Source of the DNA: an uncultured Bacilli bacterium
GTDB taxonomy: Bacteria; Bacillota_I; Bacilli_A; RF39; UBA660
DNA: 64,000 nucleotides
Assembly: GCA_947624565.1 (NCBI GenBank)
Contig: CANQKX010000005.1
Coordinates: 3,125-67,124 of the forward strand
Direction: 5' to 3'
This document shows, one piece after another, positions 39,618 through 47,674 of the stretch (the first letter of the stretch is position 1; each line of letters starts with the position of its first letter). Under the pieces are notes generated by a model that saw only the letters and a program-made list of their open reading frames with translations, was not told the origin of the DNA and ran no database searches. A program made the translations under genes and the position numbers.

Positions 39618-39691
39618 TGGCAGGGGATGAGAGAATCGAACTCCCAACAAAAGTTTTGGAGACTCCTATTATACCATTTAACTAATCCCCT
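39618..39691 (-). tRNA. tRNA-Trp (CCA)
   Basis: Acceptor AGGGGAT/ATCCCCT. Anticodon loop CTCCAAA. A terminator hairpin lies at 39582-39603. Confidence 0.9.
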
Positions 39692-39790
39692 ATATCTGGT
39701 TCTTGTTAATAATATCATATTTTTTGTATTTTATCAATAATTAAATATAATTTTATTATATATATACATATAATACACTAGGAGGTTTAT

Positions 39791-40219
39791 ATGGGAATTG
39801 TTGCGTATAATACAAAAGAACTTGATTTACTTGCAAGGTTAATGAGAGCAGAAGCCACTGGTGAAGGAAACCTTGGTATGCTTATGGTAGGAAATGTTGG
39901 AATAAATAGGGTTATTGGAAATTGTTTAGATTTTAAAAATATAACTAGCATTTATCAAATGGTATATCAAAGTCCCGGTGGTTTTTCTAGTATAAATAGT
40001 CCATTATTTTATAGTTCATCAAGTACAACAGAAAAAAATCTTGCTAAAAGAGTAATAAATGGAGAATATTTTCATCCCGCTACTAATGCTTTATGGTTTT
40101 ATGCTCCTGGTAGTGGAAACAGTTGTAGAGAAACATGGTTTAATCAAAGAAATAGTGGCAGATACAAAAATCATTGTTTTTATGTACCAGATGAAGGAGT
40201 TTGTAAACAACTATATTAA
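39791..40219 (+). CDS. cwlJ: spore cortex-lytic cell wall hydrolase CwlJ (SleB/CwlJ Hydrolase_2 family)
   Basis: LLARLMRAEATGEG..GMLMVGNVGINRV, RVINGE and KNHCFY match B. subtilis CwlJ along its length of about 142 aa. Confidence 0.88.
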   Translation: MGIVAYNTKELDLLARLMRAEATGEGNLGMLMVGNVGINRVIGNCLDFKNITSIYQMVYQSPGGFSSINSPLFYSSSSTTEKNLAKRVINGEYFHPATNALWFYAPGSGNSCRETWFNQRNSGRYKNHCFYVPDEGVCKQLY

Positions 40220-40236
40220 AAAAGTGATAATAACTA

Positions 40237-40563
40237 TCACTTTTTTAATTCTTCTATATATTTAAGTAATGTTTTAGAATTTGGACCTAAAATAATTTTT
40301 AATTGATTATCAATTTCAACTATACCCTTAGCACCCATTTTTTGGATTGCTTCCTTGTTAACTTTTGTTACATCATTTAACGTTACCTTGAACCTTGACA
40401 TATTAACTTCCATTGAAATTATATTATCTTTTCCGCCCAAATAATCCACAAGTTTGTTTGATTCAATATAGAAATCCTTTTTGTTTGCTTTTAAAACAAT
40501 TATTACTATGAATAAAAGTACAACAAAAATTATTAAATATTGGTAGTTAATCATTTTTATCAC
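40237..40563 (-). CDS. membrane-anchored PTS EIIB-like domain protein lacking the phospho-Cys
   Basis: N-terminal TM. YLGGKDNIISMEVNMSRFKVTLND aligns with the EIIB pattern GGKxNI..xxHCxTRLRxxxxD, with the His-Cys pair replaced by Asn-Met. Confidence 0.5.
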   Translation of the reverse strand: MIKMINYQYLIIFVVLLFIVIIVLKANKKDFYIESNKLVDYLGGKDNIISMEVNMSRFKVTLNDVTKVNKEAIQKMGAKGIVEIDNQLKIILGPNSKTLLKYIEELKK

Positions 40564-40673
40564 CTATTATAATTATACTATAAATTAATAAAAACTCAAG
40601 CAAATACCTACACTTTTAATTAATACTCGAATATCTTATAGTAGAAAATAAATTAAAAGGGGTGGAATACATT

Positions 40674-41072
40674 ATGTGTAAAAACAATTGTAATTGTATC
40701 AGTGATATTTTAAAAGTTATTTATTTACTTCAAAAAAACGCTGATAGAGAAGAAGATTGTATAGAAAGTTGTGATAAACCAAGTTTAGGTCAATTTTCAT
40801 GTCTTTATTACAACACAAGACCAGTTATGCTTTATACTTGTATGAGTAATGGTATAACTCCATGGAGTGCACCAACTCAAAGAGTTGCTGAACCAACTGC
40901 TACTTCTTCAGTATTTAGAGTTGAAAAAATAGATAACTGCTGTTGTACATTTAGAGTTCTAATCGCTAATGAAGATGGAACTTATACATCAACTGAATCA
41001 TTCTTTACAATGAATTTAGAATGCATATGCAGTATTAGATGTTTGGGTGATACATTTATAGAAAATGTTTAG
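40674..41072 (+). CDS. CotY/CotZ/ExsY-family cysteine-rich spore coat/exosporium protein
   Basis: VFRVEKIDNCCCTFRVLIA and LECICSIRCL resemble the B. subtilis CotZ blocks FFRVERV..C.TL.LL and CFCAINCL. Many Cys residues. GGGGTGG RBS. Confidence 0.7.
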   Translation: MCKNNCNCISDILKVIYLLQKNADREEDCIESCDKPSLGQFSCLYYNTRPVMLYTCMSNGITPWSAPTQRVAEPTATSSVFRVEKIDNCCCTFRVLIANEDGTYTSTESFFTMNLECICSIRCLGDTFIENV

Positions 41073-41078
41073 TAATTT

Positions 41079-41411
41079 CTAGTCTAGAAAATCTATTCGA
41101 CTAATTTTACTTACATCTATAAGTTCATCATCTATTGTTATAAGACTATTATTGGTCCTTCCAATGATAGTTTTTTTTACATTTTCCCCATCTTCCATCG
41201 TTATTGATACATTTGCTTTATATACATAGTTTGGGGAAGAAAAAATATCTTTTATTTGCCTATTAACACTTTTTTCTTCAAAATTATTTTTTTCAATATC
41301 ATTATTTTCATTTTGTAAAATTTCTTGACTATTTGATAAAATTGCTTGTCTTTGATTCTTATTAATATTTTTAACAGTTCCTTTATATATCCCAGGTAAT
41401 TTCTTTTTCAT
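41079..41411 (-). CDS. hypothetical protein (faint GerQ-C-terminal-like pattern, unverified)
   Basis: 110-aa ORF convergent with the CotY/Z-like gene. No confident family. Confidence 0.3.
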   Translation of the reverse strand: MKKKLPGIYKGTVKNINKNQRQAILSNSQEILQNENNDIEKNNFEEKSVNRQIKDIFSSPNYVYKANVSITMEDGENVKKTIIGRTNNSLITIDDELIDVSKISRIDFLD

Positions 41412-41495
41412 TAAAACACTCCTTTTTATTAATTTTATGCTTTATATGACAAATATTTACTAAATTATTGCCTATAATAAAAATGGTGATTAACT

Positions 41496-42620
41496 ATGAA
41501 TACTACTATTAAAAATAGGAAAATAAATATTTTAAAACTTATTATACTAATTATCATATTTATGATTATAAGTATAATGAGTATTTATAGCAGTCAAAAC
41601 CTATTATCTTCATCATATAATAACTTATACATAAAACAATTAATATGGTACCTAATCGGATTTATATTTATAATATTAATAAGTAAATATAAAGGAAATT
41701 TTATTTATGAACATCCATATGTGCCATATATTATAGGAAATATTTTACTTATATTAGTATTATTTTTTGGAACTGAATCTAATGGTGCAAAATGTTGGTT
41801 TACTATACCAAAAATAGGATCTTTCCAACCTAGTGAATTTGTTAAGATATTTCTAATCCTAGCAATCGCAAAAGAGCTAAGTAATTATGAAATTTCTAAT
41901 CATAAAATAACTTTAAAAGGTGAATTTATTATAATTCTTAAATGTTTAGTAATTACACTTATTCCTTCTATATTAATTTTTTTTGAACCAGATACTGGCA
42001 TTATATTTATCTTTTTTGCTATTTTAATTGTAATGTTATTTGTCTTTGGAATTAGATATAGATGGTTTATAACTGCTGGGATATTTATAGGTGGGCTTTT
42101 AGCAACATTTTTAATACTGTTTTTCTGTTACCAAGATTTATTTATAGATATTTTTGGAACTAATTTCTTTTATAGAATGGATAGATTACTTGACTGGCAA
42201 AATGGATCAGGTATGCAACTTACAAATGCTCTTGCAGCAATTGGTAGTGCTGGATTGATGGGTCATGGATATATGAAAACTCCTATTTATTTTCCAGAAC
42301 CACAAACTGACTTTATTTTTGCTGTATTTTCAAGTAACTTTGGTTTTATAGCATCAATATTACTTATTTTGATTATATTTTATTTTGATATGCAATTGAT
42401 AAAAATTGCAATGAAAAGCAAAGGACAATACAAATATATTATTTCTGGGATACTTGCGATGCTCATTTTTCAACAAATTCAAAATATTTCAATGAATATT
42501 GGACTTTTACCAATTACTGGTATAACTTTACCTTTTATTAGTTATGGTGGTTCTAGTTTACTTAGTTATATGATTATTATGGGTATTGTTATTAATATAG
42601 AAAATAGAAAAGGAATTTGA
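41496..42620 (+). CDS. SEDS-family peptidoglycan polymerase (FtsW/RodA/SpoVE)
   Basis: Ten-TM pattern, QPSEFVKI, and a C-terminal GLLPITGITLPFISYGGSS motif. Confidence 0.88.
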   Translation: MNTTIKNRKINILKLIILIIIFMIISIMSIYSSQNLLSSSYNNLYIKQLIWYLIGFIFIILISKYKGNFIYEHPYVPYIIGNILLILVLFFGTESNGAKCWFTIPKIGSFQPSEFVKIFLILAIAKELSNYEISNHKITLKGEFIIILKCLVITLIPSILIFFEPDTGIIFIFFAILIVMLFVFGIRYRWFITAGIFIGGLLATFLILFFCYQDLFIDIFGTNFFYRMDRLLDWQNGSGMQLTNALAAIGSAGLMGHGYMKTPIYFPEPQTDFIFAVFSSNFGFIASILLILIIFYFDMQLIKIAMKSKGQYKYIISGILAMLIFQQIQNISMNIGLLPITGITLPFISYGGSSLLSYMIIMGIVINIENRKGI

Positions 42621-42672
42621 ATGTAAAACAAATTAAAACTCGAGTCACAAAAACCCGAGTTAAGTATCATTA

Positions 42673-42749
42673 TGGTGGAGCTTAGGGGATTCGAACCCCT
42701 GACCCTCTGCGTGCAGGGCAGATGCTCTAGCCAGCTGAGCTAAAGCCCC
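42673..42749 (-). tRNA. tRNA-Ala (UGC), unusual C at position 33
   Basis: G3:U70 in the acceptor GGGGCTT/AAGCTCC. Anticodon arm TCTGC-CCTGCAC-GCAGA. Encoded CCA. Confidence 0.85.
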
Positions 42750-42817
42750 AAATACTTGCAATATCAAAACTGCAAGTAGATTATAGCATAATTTTTTATT
42801 AAAAGTCAACTATTATT

Positions 42818-43153
42818 TTAATTGTTTTCGCTAGTTAGTTTTTCAACAACTGAACAAAGTCTATCGAATTCTTTTTCATCATCAATACTTACAAGCATAT
42901 CTCCTTGATCTGTTGATTGAACTTCAAAAATATATGAATTTTCTTCATTATCAAGGTCATTAACTATTGCATAACTTTTGTCATTGTCATCAAATGTTCC
43001 AACAATTTGCACTTTTACTTTTTCACCATTTTCATCTTCCATTTCAATTACTAATGGTTTATTTTCAACACAACTTTCATCAGAACAATTACATCCTTTT
43101 TCATTTGTACATTCTTCATTATTACATTTACATTTTTCTTCTAAATTTCCCAT
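42818..43153 (-). CDS. DUF1292-family protein with Cys-rich N-terminus
   Basis: Acidic protein with IVGTFDDNDKSYAIV...YIFEV...DDEKEF. GGAGGA RBS before MGNLEE. Confidence 0.65.
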   Translation of the reverse strand: MGNLEEKCKCNNEECTNEKGCNCSDESCVENKPLVIEMEDENGEKVKVQIVGTFDDNDKSYAIVNDLDNEENSYIFEVQSTDQGDMLVSIDDEKEFDRLCSVVEKLTSENN

Positions 43154-43246
43154 TTTTTCCTCCATGAACATATTTATTATAACATATCATAATGTTTATT
43201 TTACATATTTTTTTAATTTTTATTCAAATTATATTAAAATTTTACT

Positions 43247-43555
43247 TTATTTTTGTTTTTTTATTCTATTTCTTCCAACTTTTTTATCAATTTTATCTGG
43301 TAATTGTTTAATATCATTTACATGATCTGGTTTTATCAATAAATAAGGTTCGATATTTAAAGCATTTGCGATTGCTTCTATTTTTGATAAAGTTGGTGAA
43401 AATTTTCCTCTCTCTAAATCACTTATATATTTAGGAGTTAAATTTGATAATTCTGCTAAATGTTCTTGAGTATAATTTTTTTCAAATCTATACCATTTTA
43501 GGTTAATTGCAAAATATTCTTTTAATACATATTTATCTTTTGCTTCAATATTCAT
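43247..43555 (-). CDS. XRE-family HTH transcriptional regulator
   Basis: YTQEHLAELSNLTPKYISDLERGK HTH. Divergent from the nuclease operon. Confidence 0.8.
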   Translation of the reverse strand: MNIEAKDKYVLKEYFAINLKWYRFEKNYTQEHLAELSNLTPKYISDLERGKFSPTLSKIEAIANALNIEPYLLIKPDHVNDIKQLPDKIDKKVGRNRIKKQK

Positions 43556-43573
43556 ATAATCACCTACTAAAAC

Positions 43574-43583
43574 AAGTATACTT
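43574..43583. promoter_or_regulatory. perfect 10-bp palindrome, candidate operator
   Basis: AAGTATACTT in the 98-bp divergent promoter region between the XRE gene and the 74-aa ORF. Confidence 0.3.
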
Positions 43584-43605
43584 TAAACAAATATTAATAA
43601 ACACC

Positions 43606-43634
43606 TAGTCAAAGACGACATTATATGATATAAT
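43606..43634 (+). promoter_or_regulatory. candidate extended -10 promoter
   Basis: TAGTCA, a 17-nt spacer, then TGaTATAAT, about 20 nt upstream of the 74-aa ORF. Confidence 0.4.
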
Positions 43635-43653
43635 TATGTTGGGTGGTTAACAA

Positions 43654-43878
43654 ATGAGTAACAAAGAATATATTAATGAAGCAGAACGTATAGGAAATGA
43701 ATTAATAAAAATAGGCAAAAGTAATAAAGATCTAGATACTTTGTTTAATATATTACTTGATGATAAATTTAAACATAATTATCTTAATGTGATGGTCTAT
43801 TTACCTGATATTTTAGCACAAAAAAAGTTTTATATAGTAAATGTTTCACCATTTGAAATAAAAAATTATAATTCATAG
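43654..43878 (+). CDS. hypothetical 74-aa protein
   Basis: ORF with a GGGTGG RBS, first gene of a two-gene plus-strand unit. No family recognised. Confidence 0.4.
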   Translation: MSNKEYINEAERIGNELIKIGKSNKDLDTLFNILLDDKFKHNYLNVMVYLPDILAQKKFYIVNVSPFEIKNYNS

Positions 43879-43932
43879 CGAATTATTTTTTTATTTATAG
43901 GAGATTTTCATAATAATTAGAGAATATATATT

Positions 43933-44688
43933 ATGAAAGGATTGATTACTATAAAAACTGAATTTGATGATTTAATAAAATTAACTAATAAAATTATAAA
44001 TAAAGGATGGATAAAAAGTTCGTGTAATGGATATGGTTCAAGTGGAATTACCTTTGAAAAAGAAATTGGAATAGAAACAAATAACTTTGAAATTCCCGAT
44101 TTTAATGGAATAGAAATAAAAACAAAAATATCAAAAAAAGAGAGTCACTTTACATTGTTTTGCTGTGCACCTGATGGATATTTATTTGAAATAAAAAGGA
44201 TATATGAAACATATGCCCACAAACGATATGATAATAGTGTAGTTTTCAATTTGTCTGTATATACATATAAAAAAGTTTGCTATTATGGAAATTATTACAA
44301 ACTTAAAGTTGATAAGGAAAATCAAAAAATAGTATTAATGATATATGATAAAAATGATAATGTCATTGATGATAAAATTTCATGGTCTTTCGATATTATA
44401 AAAGAAAAAGTAGAAAGAAAAATCAAAAAATTATTTATAGTATATGGTGAAAAACAATATATTAATAATAAATTATATTTTAGATATAAAAGGTATTATT
44501 GTTATGTATTAAAAAGTTTTGACTGTTTTATGAATGCGCTTGAGAAAGGAATAATTAGAATAAGTTTCTCAATTGGAACTTTTATAAATGGAAAACGAAA
44601 AGGACAAATTTATGATCATGGAACAATGTTTAATATAAATTCAAAGTATTTATTACACATATATAATAGGGTTTATAAAAGCACCTAA
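43933..44688 (+). CDS. MvaI/BcnI-family PD-(D/E)XK endonuclease-like protein
   Basis: GSSGITFEKEIGIETNNFEIPDFNGIEIKTK has the same D-x4-E-x-K spacing as the BcnI catalytic block as I recall it. TLF..AP, KLFIVYGEK and the C-terminal YDHGTMFNI also parallel BcnI. Confidence 0.6.
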   Translation: MKGLITIKTEFDDLIKLTNKIINKGWIKSSCNGYGSSGITFEKEIGIETNNFEIPDFNGIEIKTKISKKESHFTLFCCAPDGYLFEIKRIYETYAHKRYDNSVVFNLSVYTYKKVCYYGNYYKLKVDKENQKIVLMIYDKNDNVIDDKISWSFDIIKEKVERKIKKLFIVYGEKQYINNKLYFRYKRYYCYVLKSFDCFMNALEKGIIRISFSIGTFINGKRKGQIYDHGTMFNINSKYLLHIYNRVYKST

Positions 44689-44705
44689 AAAGGTGCTTTA
44701 ATTAT
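44678..44705 (+). terminator. terminator hairpin overlapping the nuclease stop codon
   Basis: AAAGCACC-TAAAAA-GGTGCTTT followed by a T-rich tail. Confidence 0.5.
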
Positions 44706-44730
44706 GATTTGTTTGGTTTCCTATTTGGTT

Positions 44731-44762
44731 TAAAAAATAAAAACCCTTATACAATAAGGGTT
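44731..44762 (-). terminator. terminator of the tRNA Asp-Phe-Arg-Pro operon
   Basis: AACCCTTAT/ATAAGGGTT stem followed by TTTTTATTTTTT on the minus strand. Confidence 0.7.
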
Positions 44763-44772
44763 AATCTCATAC

Positions 44773-44849
44773 TGGTCGGGAAGACAGGATTTGAACCTGC
44801 AACCTCATGGTCCCAAACCACGTGCACTGCCAAGTTGTGCTACTTCCCG
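44773..44849 (-). tRNA. tRNA-Pro (UGG)
   Basis: CGGGAAG acceptor. Anticodon loop TTTGGGA. Near-identical to B. subtilis tRNA-Pro. Confidence 0.92.
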
Positions 44850-44852
44850 TTA

Positions 44853-44929
<77 letters not shown>

Positions 44930-44947
44930 ACGACTAATTCTAATTAA

Positions 44948-45023
<76 letters not shown>

Positions 45024-45030
45024 AAAAAAA

Positions 45031-45106
45031 TGGCGGTTCCAACGGGACTTGAACCCGCGATCTTCTGCGTGACAGGCAGACGTGTTAACCACTACACCAT
45101 GGAACC
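45031..45106 (-). tRNA. tRNA-Asp (GUC)
   Basis: Anticodon arm TCTGC-CTGTCAC-GCAGA. Encoded CCA. Confidence 0.92.
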
Positions 45107-45129
45107 AAAAATACTTAAATCGCTATTTA

Positions 45130-45158
45130 AGTATACAAATTTTTTTGTAAAATGTCAA
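45130..45158 (-). promoter_or_regulatory. consensus sigma-A promoter of the tRNA operon
   Basis: Minus strand reads TTGACA, a 17-nt spacer, then TATACT, about 24 nt upstream of tRNA-Asp. Confidence 0.7.
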
Positions 45159-45161
45159 CAC

Positions 45162-45986
45162 CTATGAAATTTTTTTATTTTTTTTAGACATATTATATAC
45201 GATGAAAAAACTTATTATCATCAATAATAATGAAATAATGCCTCTAATACTGATTGTAAATCCTGGATATATTGCAAAAACTGATCCAATAACAAATCCA
45301 ATAATGATGCTATATGTGTTAGTGAAATATTTTGTTAATAATACATTAATTACTTTTACTAATATTAATAAACTTAAAATTGCACCGATAAAAAAGGGAA
45401 TCATGCATATTAGTTGATTTAATGATAGTGAAAAAGGATTAGACAATATTGATAAAATATATTCATATAATCCTAATATCATTAAAAATAATGAACTACT
45501 AATACCAGGAATTATTTTTCCACTTACATATAAAAATCCTGCTAGAAATAAATTAAATGGATTAAATACATTTAAATTCGTAAAATTTAATATTTTAGGC
45601 AAAATTACTAACATTAGCGATACTAATATACTCATTAACAACAATGAATAATTAATACTTTGTTCCCCTTGTAATTTTACCTTTTTAATAAGTAGTGGAA
45701 CTTCTCCTAAAATCAATCCAATAAAAATATACATCATTTCATATCTAAAATTATCATATAAAAGTAGTAATATGTTACCAAATATAATTATACCTATTAA
45801 AAGTCCAAAAATTAGAGGAAGTATTTTTATAAACTTATTATAAATTTTTATTTTTTGGTTATTTAGTAAAAATATTACATAATCATATACTCCCATAAGT
45901 ATTGCTATTACAGATCCACTAACTCCCGGTAATACTACTCCTGTTCCAATTAATATACCTGATAAAAACATATGAATTTTATTCAT
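45162..45986 (-). CDS. DUF368 membrane protein (PopT-type undecaprenyl-phosphate translocase family)
   Basis: Duplicated PGVSGS / PGISSS motifs in a polytopic protein. Confidence 0.7.
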   Translation of the reverse strand: MNKIHMFLSGILIGTGVVLPGVSGSVIAILMGVYDYVIFLLNNQKIKIYNKFIKILPLIFGLLIGIIIFGNILLLLYDNFRYEMMYIFIGLILGEVPLLIKKVKLQGEQSINYSLLLMSILVSLMLVILPKILNFTNLNVFNPFNLFLAGFLYVSGKIIPGISSSLFLMILGLYEYILSILSNPFSLSLNQLICMIPFFIGAILSLLILVKVINVLLTKYFTNTYSIIIGFVIGSVFAIYPGFTISIRGIISLLLMIISFFIVYNMSKKNKKIS

Positions 45987-46683
45987 TATTTTCCTCTTTT
46001 AAATATTTTTTTACATCATATCCACTATCAAAAATTATTCTATCTACACCTATATTCTTAAGACGTTTTATATCATGTTTATTAACGATTCCCCACGCGC
46101 ATACTACAAATTTATTTTTCTTTAATAAATCTACTTCGTCTTTTTCAAGACATATTGATGTACATAAAACATGATTTAATTTTATTTTTTTACAATCATT
46201 TAAAACATCTTTATTTAAATCATATATTAACCATCCCAAACTTATATCATCAGATAAATTTCTTAATTTTTCCAACACTTCAAATTTGAAAGATATTAAG
46301 GTAATATTTTTTTTATTATGTTTTTTTATTGTATCAATTAATAATTCTTCATATCCTGATTCCTTAATTTCTAAATATATATTTATATTTTTAGAATCGA
46401 AATTATTTAAAAATTCATCCAATTTAACTATTTTTTCACCTTTATATTTTTCATTGCCAAAATCCATTTTTAACAATTCTTTATAGGTTAATTGTGAAAC
46501 TTTTCCGCTTGAATTACTGGTTCTATCAACTGATTTGTCATGAATTAGGACCAATTTATCATCTTTTGTCTTTCTGACATCTGTTTCAATTCCGTCACTA
46601 TTAACAAAATACGCTAAATAAAATGCACTCATTGTATTTTCGGGAGAATATTTTGACTCCCCTCTATGAGAATATACTTTCAT
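45979..46683 (-). CDS. glycerophosphodiester phosphodiesterase
   Basis: HRGESKYSPENTMSAF, ETDVRKTKD and LEIK motifs. Confidence 0.85.
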   Translation of the reverse strand: MKVYSHRGESKYSPENTMSAFYLAYFVNSDGIETDVRKTKDDKLVLIHDKSVDRTSNSSGKVSQLTYKELLKMDFGNEKYKGEKIVKLDEFLNNFDSKNINIYLEIKESGYEELLIDTIKKHNKKNITLISFKFEVLEKLRNLSDDISLGWLIYDLNKDVLNDCKKIKLNHVLCTSICLEKDEVDLLKKNKFVVCAWGIVNKHDIKRLKNIGVDRIIFDSGYDVKKYLKEENNE

Positions 46684-46748
46684 ACTAATCACCAGTAAAT
46701 TATATGATTGAAATAAAAAAAAAGACTTGAAAAAGTCTTACAATAACA

Positions 46749-46825
<77 letters not shown>

Positions 46826-46841
46826 ATATAAATAAATATAA

Positions 46842-46934
46842 TGGCGGAGAAAGAGGGATTCGAACCCCCGCGCCGATCACTCGACCTCCCGGTTTTCAAG
46901 ACCGGTCCCTTCAACCAGACTTGGGTATTTCTCC
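46842..46934 (-). tRNA. tRNA-Ser (UGA)
   Basis: Long variable arm. Anticodon arm CCGGT-CTTGAAA-ACCGG. Confidence 0.9.
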
Positions 46935-46937
46935 TTA

Positions 46938-47026
46938 TGGTGCCTCAGGTCGGACTTGAACCGACACGTGATTTAACTCACGCAGGATTTTAAGTCCTGT
47001 GCGTCTACCGATTCCGCCACTGAGGC
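46938..47026 (-). tRNA. tRNA-Leu (UAA)
   Basis: Long variable arm. Anticodon arm CAGGA-CTTAAAA-TCCTG. Confidence 0.9.
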
Positions 47027-47063
47027 AGGCAACATAATCCAAGCATCTCGTTTGGACTCTTTA

Positions 47064-47092
47064 AGTATATAATAAAAAATATTATTTTTCAA
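47064..47092 (-). promoter_or_regulatory. sigma-A promoter of the Leu-Ser-fMet tRNA operon
   Basis: Minus strand reads TTGAAA, a 17-nt spacer, then TATACT. Confidence 0.6.
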
Positions 47093-47130
47093 GTCTTTTT
47101 TTATATTTTTTTTCAATAACCATAATTTCT

Positions 47131-47160
47131 AAAATAAAACTCATCAACTATACTGATGAG
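47131..47160 (-). terminator. terminator of the Val-Thr-Tyr-Gln-Lys tRNA operon
   Basis: CTCATCA/TGATGAG stem followed by TTTTATTTT on the minus strand. Confidence 0.7.
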
Positions 47161-47172
47161 TTACTTCTTAAA

Positions 47173-47248
47173 TGGTGTCCTGTATGCGATTCGAACGCAT
47201 GACCCTTTGATTAAAAGTCAAATGCTCTACCTGCTGAGCTAACAGGAC
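47173..47248 (-). tRNA. tRNA-Lys (UUU)
   Basis: Anticodon arm TTTGA-CTTTTAA-TCAAA. Confidence 0.92.
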
Positions 47249-47266
47249 ATATACAACAAAAAAACA

Positions 47267-47341
47267 TGGCTGCCTCGGCTAGATTCGAACTAGCGCATGT
47301 CAGAGTCAAAGTCTGATGCCTTACCACTTGGCTACGAGGCA
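47267..47341 (-). tRNA. tRNA-Gln (UUG)
   Basis: Anticodon arm TCAGA-CTTTGAC-TCTGA. Confidence 0.92.
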
Positions 47342-47346
47342 AGCTA

Positions 47347-47430
47347 TGGTGGGGAGAGGTGGATTCGAACCACCGAACCCTAAGGAATGGATTTACAGTC
47401 CATCGCGTTTAACCACTTCGCTATCTCCCC
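47347..47430 (-). tRNA. tRNA-Tyr (GUA)
   Basis: Long variable arm. Anticodon arm ATGGA-CTGTAAA-TCCAT. Confidence 0.92.
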
Positions 47431-47432
47431 AG

Positions 47433-47508
<76 letters not shown>

Positions 47509-47512
47509 AAAA

Positions 47513-47589
47513 TGGTGGACTCTACAGGACTCGAACCTGTGACCCCCTGCTTGTAAGGCAGGTGCTCTAACCAACTGAGCTAAGAATCC
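47513..47589 (-). tRNA. tRNA-Val (UAC)
   Basis: Anticodon arm CCTGC-CTTACAA-GCAGG. Confidence 0.92.
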
Positions 47590-47607
47590 ATAACATTGAC
47601 GTAATTA

Positions 47608-47636
47608 AATATATCATTGTTAAAACAATTTGTCAA
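47608..47636 (-). promoter_or_regulatory. consensus sigma-A promoter of the tRNA operon
   Basis: Minus strand reads TTGACA, a 17-nt spacer, then TATATT, about 18 nt upstream of tRNA-Val. Confidence 0.7.
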
Positions 47637-47674
47637 TGAAATTCTTAAACTTTTTTTTATTTTACATAATTATA

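Noticed and set aside
43172-44772. The nuclease block as a tRNA-targeted integrative island.
   Set aside because: No integrase or recombinase is present. I found no partial duplicate of the tRNA-Pro or tRNA-Ala 3' end at the opposite boundary (43172-43250 is plain AT-rich spacer). Mobility cannot be claimed, only an accessory-like position.
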